The notes beneath the pieces were generated by a model. It did no database searches. It saw only the letters and a program-made list of their open reading frames with translations, and was not told the origin of the DNA. From NCBI GenBank assembly GCA_965223795.1, contig CBDCXL010000002.1, forward strand, positions 1,216,001-1,280,000: DNA of 64,000 nt, read 5' to 3'. Within the stretch, counting starts at the first letter, position 1. Each line of letters opens with the position of its first letter. Shown piece by piece: positions 56,832 to 64,000 of the stretch. The position numbers were made by a program, and so were the translations under genes. This DNA comes from Nitrospinales bacterium (GTDB lineage Bacteria > Nitrospinota > Nitrospinia > Nitrospinales > VA-1).

Positions 56832-57691
56832 AACTTTTCAATCAATTGACCATCGTGGGCGTGGGTCTTCTCGGCGCGTCGCTGGCTCAGGCTTTGAAGC
56901 AAAAAGGCCTGGCCGGAAACATCGTCGGCTGCGGCCGCAACCTCGACAACCTCAAGCAGGCGCAGTCGCTCAAGATGATCGACGCGTACGCGCAGGACCC
57001 GGCCGAGGCGGTGAAAGGTTCGGACGGCGTCGTGCTGTGTTCTCCGGTGGGCGCGATGCAGCCTCTGGTGGAGACGATGCGGCCGCACCTGGAAGCCGGC
57101 TGCCTGGTGACCGATGTGGGTTCGGTGAAACGCTCGGTGGTGCAGGAGATCGAACCGATGATGCCGGATGCGGTCGATTTCATCGGTTCGCATCCGATCG
57201 CGGGCGGCGAAAAATCGGGGCTCAAGGCAGCGAAAGCGCGGCTGTATGAAGGCGCGCATTGCATCGTCACGCCGACGCCGCGGTCCAGGCCGGAAGCGCT
57301 GACGAAAACCCGGACTCTCTGGGAACAGTTGGGGATGCGGGTGGTGACGATGGATGTGGAGGAACACGATTTCATTTTCGGCGCGGTCAGCCACCTGCCC
57401 CACATCGTCGCGTTTGTGCTGATGAACACCATCGGCGGCCTCTCGACGGACAACCACAGTGAGATCACTTCCTTTTCCGGCAAGGGACTGAAAGACATCA
57501 CGCGCATCGCGGGCAGCGACCCGGTGATGTGGCGCGACATCTGCGTCGCCAACAAACTGCCGGTGCTCAACCTGATCGACGATTTTCAGGAAGCGCTGCT
57601 CAAGGTGCGGCACTGGATCGATCAGGAGGACGGGGTCGCTTTGCAGGAATCGTTCGCGAGCGCCAACCGTTACCGCCTGAATTTGACATGA
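56828..57691 (+). CDS. tyrA: Prephenate/arogenate dehydrogenase
   Basis: GVGLLGAS, DVGSVK, HPIAGGEKSG, HD...SHLPH, TRIAGSDPVMWRDI. Confidence 0.95.
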   Translation: MKLFNQLTIVGVGLLGASLAQALKQKGLAGNIVGCGRNLDNLKQAQSLKMIDAYAQDPAEAVKGSDGVVLCSPVGAMQPLVETMRPHLEAGCLVTDVGSVKRSVVQEIEPMMPDAVDFIGSHPIAGGEKSGLKAAKARLYEGAHCIVTPTPRSRPEALTKTRTLWEQLGMRVVTMDVEEHDFIFGAVSHLPHIVAFVLMNTIGGLSTDNHSEITSFSGKGLKDITRIAGSDPVMWRDICVANKLPVLNLIDDFQEALLKVRHWIDQEDGVALQESFASANRYRLNLT

Positions 57692-57764
57692 TGGATTCGG
57701 GGGCGGCGCGGAACTTTATGTGTGCGGAAACACGGAAACCGTCCGGGTCCGGCATGAAGGTTTG

Positions 57765-58421
57765 ATGATTATCGCGATCGACGGTCCCGCGGGAAGCGGG
57801 AAGAGTTCCGTGGCCAAGCTGCTTGCGAGAAAGCTCAACTTCCGCCACATCGACACGGGGTCGATGTACCGGGCGGTGGCGTGGAAATCGCTGGCGGCTG
57901 GGGTCGATCTTGCCGACGAAGCGGCGGTGGTTCAGATCGCCCGGAACATGGACATCGAGCTGGTTCCGCATGTGGACGGCCAGCGCGTGCAGGTGGACGG
58001 CGAAGACGTGACGGCGCACCTGTACAACGAGGATGTGGGACGCGGGGCGGCGGCGGTGGCCAGCCTTAAGCGGGTGCGGGAAATGCTGGTGGCCAAGCAG
58101 CGGGACATCGGCCGGCACGGTTCGGTGGTGATGGACGGGCGGGACATCGGCACGGTGGTCTTTCCCGATGCGCAGAAAAAGTTCTTTCTGGAAGCCTCTC
58201 CCGAGGAACGGGGGCGGCGGCGCTACCAAGAGTTGAAAGAGCAGGGGAAACACGTCGATCTGGAATCGATCGTCGAGCAGGTGCGGCAGCGGGATCACGA
58301 AGACCGCAACCGCAAGGTCTCTCCGCTGGTGCGTGCTCAGGATGCGTTCGAGCTGGACACCACGAAGATGCAGCTCGATGAGGTGGTCGACGCGCTGCTG
58401 GAAAGGATCGCAAAAACATGA
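57765..58421 (+). CDS. cmk: Cytidylate kinase
   Basis: IAIDGPAGSGKS, DTGSMYR, DGRDIGTVVFP. Confidence 0.97.
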   Translation: MIIAIDGPAGSGKSSVAKLLARKLNFRHIDTGSMYRAVAWKSLAAGVDLADEAAVVQIARNMDIELVPHVDGQRVQVDGEDVTAHLYNEDVGRGAAAVASLKRVREMLVAKQRDIGRHGSVVMDGRDIGTVVFPDAQKKFFLEASPEERGRRRYQELKEQGKHVDLESIVEQVRQRDHEDRNRKVSPLVRAQDAFELDTTKMQLDEVVDALLERIAKT

Positions 58422-58538
58422 AGGCTAAAGGCGCCGCGCGGGTTTTACCGGCACGGCGGCCGGGACCGGCCAGGAACACAATAAAATCCAACGGGGCGCT
58501 GCCCCATTTTATCAACAGAAAGTGAGACGACTGGAATC

Positions 58539-60248
58539 ATGAAAAAGCAAGCGGACGTAATTGCCCAGATGGAATTGGACGACCTTGAGGAAAAGGAGGA
58601 ATTGTCTCCTGAAGATCAGGCGGCCATGGAGGAGATGGAAGCCTATTTCAAGGAGAGTCTGGGCCAGTTCAAGGAAGGGCAGATCATCAACGGCAAGGTG
58701 ATCAGCATGTCCAAGGACACGGTGATCATCGATGTGGGCTTCAAGTCCGAAGGCATCATCTCGCTGTCGGAGTTTCCCGATCACGGCAAGAACCTGTCCA
58801 TGGGCGACGAGATCGAGGTGTACCTGGAGCGCGTCGAGGACAACGACGGCAACGTGGTTCTCTCGAAGGAAAAGGCGAACAAGATCAAGATCTGGGACGA
58901 GCTGGTCAAGACCTACGAGGCGGACGAGACCATCGAAGGCGTGGTGGTGGCCAAGGCCAAGGGCGGCCTGACGGTGGACATCGGCCTCAAGGCGTTTCTG
59001 CCCGGTTCGCAGATCGATCTGCGCCCGATGCGCAACCTGGAAAAGCTGATGGGCGAGAAGTTCAAGATGAAGATCATCAAGATGAACAAGAAGCGCGGCA
59101 ACATCGTGCTGTCCCGCCGCATCCTGCTGGAAGAGCAGCGCAAGCAGCTGCGCGAAGGCACGCTCGAGCAGATGAAGGAAGGCAACCTGATCGAGGGCAT
59201 CGTCAAGAACATCACCGAATACGGCGTGTTCATCGACCTGGGCGGCATGGACGGCCTGCTGCACATCACCGACATGTCCTGGGGGCGGGTGAACCATCCC
59301 TCGGAAATGTTCTCCATCGGCGACAAGGTCAAGGTGATGGTGCTCAAGTACGACAAGGAAAAGGAACGCGTTTCCCTCGGGCTCAAACAGATCACGCCCG
59401 ATCCGTGGGTGGAGGTGGATCAGAAATTTCCGGTCGACACGCGCATCAAGGGCAAGGTGGTCAGCATCACCGATTACGGCGTGTTCGTGGAACTGGAAAA
59501 GGGCATCGAAGGGCTGGTGCACATTTCGGAGATGAGCTGGAGCCGGCATGTGAAGCACCCGAGCAAGGTGGTGTCGATCGGCGACGAGGTCGAAGCGGTG
59601 GTCCTGACGCTGGACAAGGACCGCAAGCGCATCTCCCTGGGCATGAAGCAGATCGAACCGAATCCGTGGGAGAGCATCGACGAAAAATACCCGATCGGTT
59701 CGGAAGTGTCGGGCATGGTGCGCAACCTCACGGATTTCGGCGCCTTCGTGGAACTGGAAGACGGGGTGGACGGACTGATCCACATCTCCGACCTGAGCTG
59801 GAAAAAGATCAAGCATCCTTCGGAAATGTTGAAAAAGAAAGACAAGGTCAAATCGGTGGTGCTCAGCATCGACAAGGAAAACTGCCGCATCTCGCTGGGC
59901 GTCAAGCAGCTGGAGCCGGACCCCTGGGACGACATCGCGAAAAATTACCCGGTGGGCACGGAAGTCAGCGGAACCATCATCAAAGTGACGAGTTTCGGCG
60001 CGTTCGCCGAGTTCGGCGACGGGCTGGAAGGGCTGATCCATGTGTCGCAGCTCAGTTCCCAGAAAGTCAGCCATCCGGACCAGGTGGTCAAGGTGGACGA
60101 CGAGATCAAGGCCAAGGTGATCAAGGTGGACACCTCCAGCAAAAAGATCGCGCTCAGCATCAAGGCGTACGAGGAGAACCTCGACATTCCGGCCATCGAG
60201 CAGGAGCAGGCGCAGATCGAAAGCATGAAAGAAGAGGACAACCACTGA
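58539..60248 (+). CDS. rpsA: 30S ribosomal protein S1
   Basis: Six S1 repeats (DGLLHITDMSW, EGLVHISEMSW, DGLIHISDLSW). Confidence 0.98.
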   Translation: MKKQADVIAQMELDDLEEKEELSPEDQAAMEEMEAYFKESLGQFKEGQIINGKVISMSKDTVIIDVGFKSEGIISLSEFPDHGKNLSMGDEIEVYLERVEDNDGNVVLSKEKANKIKIWDELVKTYEADETIEGVVVAKAKGGLTVDIGLKAFLPGSQIDLRPMRNLEKLMGEKFKMKIIKMNKKRGNIVLSRRILLEEQRKQLREGTLEQMKEGNLIEGIVKNITEYGVFIDLGGMDGLLHITDMSWGRVNHPSEMFSIGDKVKVMVLKYDKEKERVSLGLKQITPDPWVEVDQKFPVDTRIKGKVVSITDYGVFVELEKGIEGLVHISEMSWSRHVKHPSKVVSIGDEVEAVVLTLDKDRKRISLGMKQIEPNPWESIDEKYPIGSEVSGMVRNLTDFGAFVELEDGVDGLIHISDLSWKKIKHPSEMLKKKDKVKSVVLSIDKENCRISLGVKQLEPDPWDDIAKNYPVGTEVSGTIIKVTSFGAFAEFGDGLEGLIHVSQLSSQKVSHPDQVVKVDDEIKAKVIKVDTSSKKIALSIKAYEENLDIPAIEQEQAQIESMKEEDNH

Positions 60249-60310
60249 GTGTCTCCCGGCCGCGGCGGAATTTTCCCGCCTGGGCCCGGCTAGCAAACCT
60301 GTTTCACCGG

Positions 60311-60344
60311 ACGGCGGCTCGTAGATGAGCCGCCGTTTCTTTTT
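60311..60344 (+). terminator. Rho-independent terminator after rpsA
   Basis: ACGGCGGCTC-GTAGAT-GAGCCGCCGT followed by TTCTTTTT. Confidence 0.8.
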
Positions 60345-60516
60345 GCCCGCGTTTTTCGATCCTGGCTGCATCCATCCCGGCGCCACCTCCTCCCTTCACC
60401 GTGCCGCACGGAGCGTCCTTTTTCGAACGGCCTCCACATCGGGATACCTTTTGCTTTGTCATTAAAAATTCTGTATATACAATGCTGATCGGTTTGAATC
60501 TTTCTGGTGCGACCGC

Positions 60517-61428
60517 ATGGAATTTTCAAGTCCCCGCAAACCCAAACGCTCCTTCGGAAAAACCCTGCTCTATCTCATTCTGGGCGCCGGCCTGCTGTTG
60601 GTGGTCACCTCGATCGTCTCGTCGCTGTTCCGCGATGACGGGATGGGCGGCGGCAGCGAGGCGATCGCCCTGGTGGAAGTGCGCGGCATGATCACCGAAT
60701 CCCAGGAGGTGGTCCGCCAGCTCGCCAAGTACCGCGATGCGGATCACATCCGCGGCATCGTGGTCCGGATCGACTCTCCCGGCGGCGGCGTGGCGCCGTC
60801 GCAGGAGATTTACGACGCCGTGCTGCGGGTGAAGGCATCGCAGAAAAAGATCTACGCGTCGATGGGAAGTGTCGCCGCCTCCGGCGGTTATTACATCGCC
60901 AGCGCCGCGGACACGATCTTCGCCAATCCGGGAACGCTGACCGGAAGCATCGGCGTGATCATGGCGTTCTCCAATGTGGAAGAATTGATCGAGAAGGTGG
61001 GCATCCGCCCGGAAGTGATCAAGAGCGGCAAGTTCAAGGACGCCGGTTCGCCGGTGAAACCGCTTTCCAAGGAAGACCGGGAACTTCTGCAGCGGCTGGT
61101 GGACGACGTGCAGGAACAGTTCATCGAAGCGGTCTCCGAAGGCAGGCAGATGCCGCCGGAAGATGTGCAAAAGGTGGCGGACGGAAGGGTGTTCACGGGC
61201 CGCCAGGCTCTGGAAATGAATATGGTGGACCGGCTCGGCGGATTGCAGGACAGCATCGAACACCTGGCGGAACAGGTCGGCATCCAGGGAACGCCGAAAG
61301 TGGTTCAGGAAACCGAAAAAGTGCATTTGCTCGACTGGCTCATGCAGGCGGCGTTTTACAGGGAATTGAAAAGTTCTTTCACCGCCGAGCGCATCCCCTC
61401 GCTCCAGTTCCTCTGGACAGTTCCCTGA
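60517..61428 (+). CDS. sppA: Signal peptide peptidase SppA (S49)
   Basis: RIDSPGG, AASGGYYIA, TGSIGV, KSGKFKD, DGRVFTG. Confidence 0.96.
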   Translation: MEFSSPRKPKRSFGKTLLYLILGAGLLLVVTSIVSSLFRDDGMGGGSEAIALVEVRGMITESQEVVRQLAKYRDADHIRGIVVRIDSPGGGVAPSQEIYDAVLRVKASQKKIYASMGSVAASGGYYIASAADTIFANPGTLTGSIGVIMAFSNVEELIEKVGIRPEVIKSGKFKDAGSPVKPLSKEDRELLQRLVDDVQEQFIEAVSEGRQMPPEDVQKVADGRVFTGRQALEMNMVDRLGGLQDSIEHLAEQVGIQGTPKVVQETEKVHLLDWLMQAAFYRELKSSFTAERIPSLQFLWTVP

Positions 61429-61620
61429 AAAATAATCTGTTAGCTGCTTGCCCGCGGCGCCGGCCGGGGTCTTTCGCGCTGAAAACTCGCCCCCTATTTC
61501 ATTAAAATTCTTTAAAATTACCCTCCTTAGTCATCACTTTTAGATTGACTTTTGCGATAGATTCGATTTTGTTGACCGGAAATTAAGCAAAAAAAAAATC
61601 CGCAGGTGCTTGTAAAGGGC

Positions 61621-61648
61621 TTGACTTCATTGACTTTAGTGCTATACT
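61621..61648 (+). promoter_or_regulatory. sigma70 promoter of the HU/IHF gene
   Basis: TTGACT-N16-TATACT with an extended -10 TGn. Confidence 0.65.
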
Positions 61649-61711
61649 TTCGAGCGAACTTACTCCTACAAACATACCAAGATATTAATTTGCTGGGCGG
61701 GGGGCTGATTA

Positions 61712-61990
61712 ATGACTAAGGCAGAGCTGGTTGAAAAAGTCGCGAACCAAATCAATCTGACCAAGAAACAAACTGAAATCGTCGTCAACACGGTGTTTCA
61801 AAGCATTACCGAATCCCTCAGTCAAGGAAAGAAAGTCGAGCTTCGAGGATTCGGGAGTTTCAGAATCCGCGAAAGAAACGCCCGTATCGGTCGCAACCCG
61901 AAATCAGGAGACAAGGTGGATGTGCCCGCAAAAAAAGTTCCTTTTTTTAAGGCGGGCAAAGAGTTGCGGGAACTTGTTGATCATGAATGA
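61712..61990 (+). CDS. ihfB: HU/IHF-family DNA-binding protein (IHF-beta-like)
   Basis: MTKAEL, VELRGFGSF, GRNPKSG, PFFKAGKELRE; rpsA-sppA-ihfB gene order. Confidence 0.88.
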   Translation: MTKAELVEKVANQINLTKKQTEIVVNTVFQSITESLSQGKKVELRGFGSFRIRERNARIGRNPKSGDKVDVPAKKVPFFKAGKELRELVDHE

Positions 61991-62323
61991 CTTTTCAAGT
62001 CTCTTCAGTTGACGGCTCAAAGCCGCGTCTTGTTTTTCAAAAATCCGCATCCCGTTTCTTAGCATTCTTGGAATCGGGAGGGAAAGCAGAACTGCCGTTC
62101 TGCCCCTCTCCCAAGCCTTCTTCCTTCTCTTCCGCAACCATCACCCCCAGCCCAACCTGTTGTGAGCGGAATTCCCAAAGTCGTCTTTCCCCTCTTTCGT
62201 TTGCAAATCTCAGGTTTTATCGAATCGACGCGCGTGCGCCGCTGCGTTTCAGGATCGTTTTTGTGACATCCCGAATCGCGCGCATGCGTGAATGTGCCAT
62301 CCCGATGCAACGGTCTTGAGGCC

Positions 62324-63391
62324 ATGTCAGGAAATTCCTACGGAAAACTTTTTAAAATCGCCACCTGGGGAGAGTCCCACGGCGCCGGTGTGGGTGTGGT
62401 CGTGGAAGGGTGCCCCGCAGGGCTCGCGATCACGGAAGCGGAGATTCAAAAAGAGCTGGACCGCCGCCGCACGGGTCAGAGCAAGGTGACCACCACGCGC
62501 AAGGAAGGCGACCGCATCCGCATCCTGTCGGGCGTGTTCAAGGGCAAGACCACGGGAACGCCCATTTCCATGTGGGTGGAAAATCAGGACGCGGATTCCT
62601 CTAAATACGAACTGATCAAAGATCTTTACCGGCCGGGGCATGCGGATTTCACCTACGATCAAAAATACGGTTTTCGCGACTACCGCGGCGGCGGGCGTTC
62701 GAGCGCCCGGGAAACGGTAGGCCGGGTGGCCGCGGGCGCGATCGCCAAAAAACTGCTGCGCAGGGAAAAGATCACGGTGATCGGGTTCACCCGGCAGATC
62801 GGCCCGCACGTCGCGCAAACGCTCAATTTAAAAGAGATTGAAAAAAACATCGTTCGCTGCCCGGATAAAAAAGCGGCGGAAAAAATGGTGGAGCACATCA
62901 TGCAGGCGCGCAAGCAGGGCGATTCGGTCGGCGGCGTGGTGGAGGTGATCGCCAGGGGCGTGCCCGCGGGACTGGGGGAGCCGGTGTTCGACCGGCTGGA
63001 CGCGGACCTCGCCAAGGCGATGCTGAGCATCCCGGCGGTCAAGGGCGTGGAGATCGGCATCGGCTTCCAGGCGGCGACGATGCTGGGTTCGGAATGCAAC
63101 GACGCGTTCGTGACGAAGAACAAAAAGATCACCACGCGCACCAATAACGCCGGCGGCGTGCTCGGCGGCATCTCCAACGGCGCGGACATCGTGCTGCGGT
63201 TCGTGGTCAAACCCACTTCTTCCATCAACAAAGAGCAGGACACGGTGACGCGCAAGGGCAAGGCCGCCAAGATCCGCGTGGAAGGCCGTCACGATCCCTG
63301 CGTCTCGCCGCGCGCGGTTCCCATTGCGGAAGCGATGGTCGCGCTCACCCTCATCGACCACCTTTTGCGGCACCGCTCCTCGCGGCTGTGA
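62324..63391 (+). CDS. aroC: Chorismate synthase
   Basis: [33 protein letters not shown]. Confidence 0.98.
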   Translation: MSGNSYGKLFKIATWGESHGAGVGVVVEGCPAGLAITEAEIQKELDRRRTGQSKVTTTRKEGDRIRILSGVFKGKTTGTPISMWVENQDADSSKYELIKDLYRPGHADFTYDQKYGFRDYRGGGRSSARETVGRVAAGAIAKKLLRREKITVIGFTRQIGPHVAQTLNLKEIEKNIVRCPDKKAAEKMVEHIMQARKQGDSVGGVVEVIARGVPAGLGEPVFDRLDADLAKAMLSIPAVKGVEIGIGFQAATMLGSECNDAFVTKNKKITTRTNNAGGVLGGISNGADIVLRFVVKPTSSINKEQDTVTRKGKAAKIRVEGRHDPCVSPRAVPIAEAMVALTLIDHLLRHRSSRL

Positions 63392-63545
63392 CGCGGCGTA
63401 CACCCTGCTGCGCGCGTTCTGCACTCTCCTTCCGGATCGCCCTTTCATTTAAGGGTTGTCACACCCTTTTGAGATCTTTATCCTTAAATTCAACGGAACC
63501 TGCAATTCGGGGAGCGCGTGCGCTTCCGATCCGATTCGCTTTTTC

Positions 63546-64000
63546 ATGATGAAAGTCGGCTTCATTCAAAACAACCCGGTGTTCGGGGCGAAGGAAAGCA
63601 ACCTGGCCCGCATCGTCAGCGTGCTTGCGGAAGCCTCGGCGGACCTGTTCGTCCTGCCGGAGCTGTTCGCCACCGGTTACCAGTTCAAGGACCGCGCCGA
63701 AGCGTTCGACCTTGCCGAAACGGTTCCGGACGGCACCACCTGCACGACGCTGGTGTCGCTGGCGAAAAATCTCAACGCGCACATCGTCGGCGGGTTCGCG
63801 GAACGGGACGGCGACAAGGTCTACAACTCCGCGCTGCTCGCGAGCCCCAAAGGGCTGGTGGCCACCTACCGCAAGGCGCACCTGTTCGATCGGGAAAAGG
63901 AGGTGTTCGATCCCGGCGATTCGCCGCTGCAGGTTCACGACATCGGCATCGCGCGCATCGGCATCATGATCTGCTTCGACTGGCGTTTTCCGGAAACGGC
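63546..64000 (+). CDS. Carbon-nitrogen hydrolase (nitrilase superfamily), cut by the window edge
   Basis: Read by hand: MMKVGFIQNNPVFG...VLPELFATGY...YRKAHLF...GIMICFDWRFPE (E-K-C triad). Confidence 0.92.
   Translation, partial: MMKVGFIQNNPVFGAKESNLARIVSVLAEASADLFVLPELFATGYQFKDRAEAFDLAETVPDGTTCTTLVSLAKNLNAHIVGGFAERDGDKVYNSALLASPKGLVATYRKAHLFDREKEVFDPGDSPLQVHDIGIARIGIMICFDWRFPET

Noticed and set aside
62160..62173. lac operator-like TTGTGAGCGGA
   Set aside because: Only one half matches and no vector sequence surrounds it; probably chance.
61990..62323. ncRNA or ORF between ihfB and aroC
   Set aside because: Only one imperfect hairpin (about 62076-62112) and no recognisable RNA family; the ORFs there are not protein-like.

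Overview
GC-rich (about 60-70% in hand-counted coding lines) bacterial chromosome segment of mostly housekeeping and envelope genes. The repertoire (monomeric icd + mdh, extended NuoF, RI-type LRR and TPR proteins, pheA-tyrA-cmk-rpsA-sppA-ihf-aroC) suggests a Nitrospina-like organism, but this is inference. No rRNA, tRNA, CRISPR array, integrase or transposase was seen. Main blocks: an Fe-S repair/NO-stress neighbourhood (nfuA, Rrf2 regulator, ric, MBL hydrolase, stand-alone Nfu_N, FIST, hemY) with a pair of candidate Rrf2 operators; hutG-hutU-hutI without hutH; a half-ferritin / Zn-ribbon / DHH trio; two tandem LRR genes; a monocistronic HydB/NuoF-type flavoprotein with an NADP(H)-type substitution; mlaEFDC plus a GHMP kinase; three DUF799-like lipoproteins; a lexA-osmC-dinB-PLP enzyme cassette with a candidate SOS box; a solitary low-GC SRA-like/HNH nuclease; a glnD whose HD motif is lost; a dispersed palindromic repeat and a 75-bp tandem repeat. 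All family calls come from motifs recognised by eye; no database search was run.
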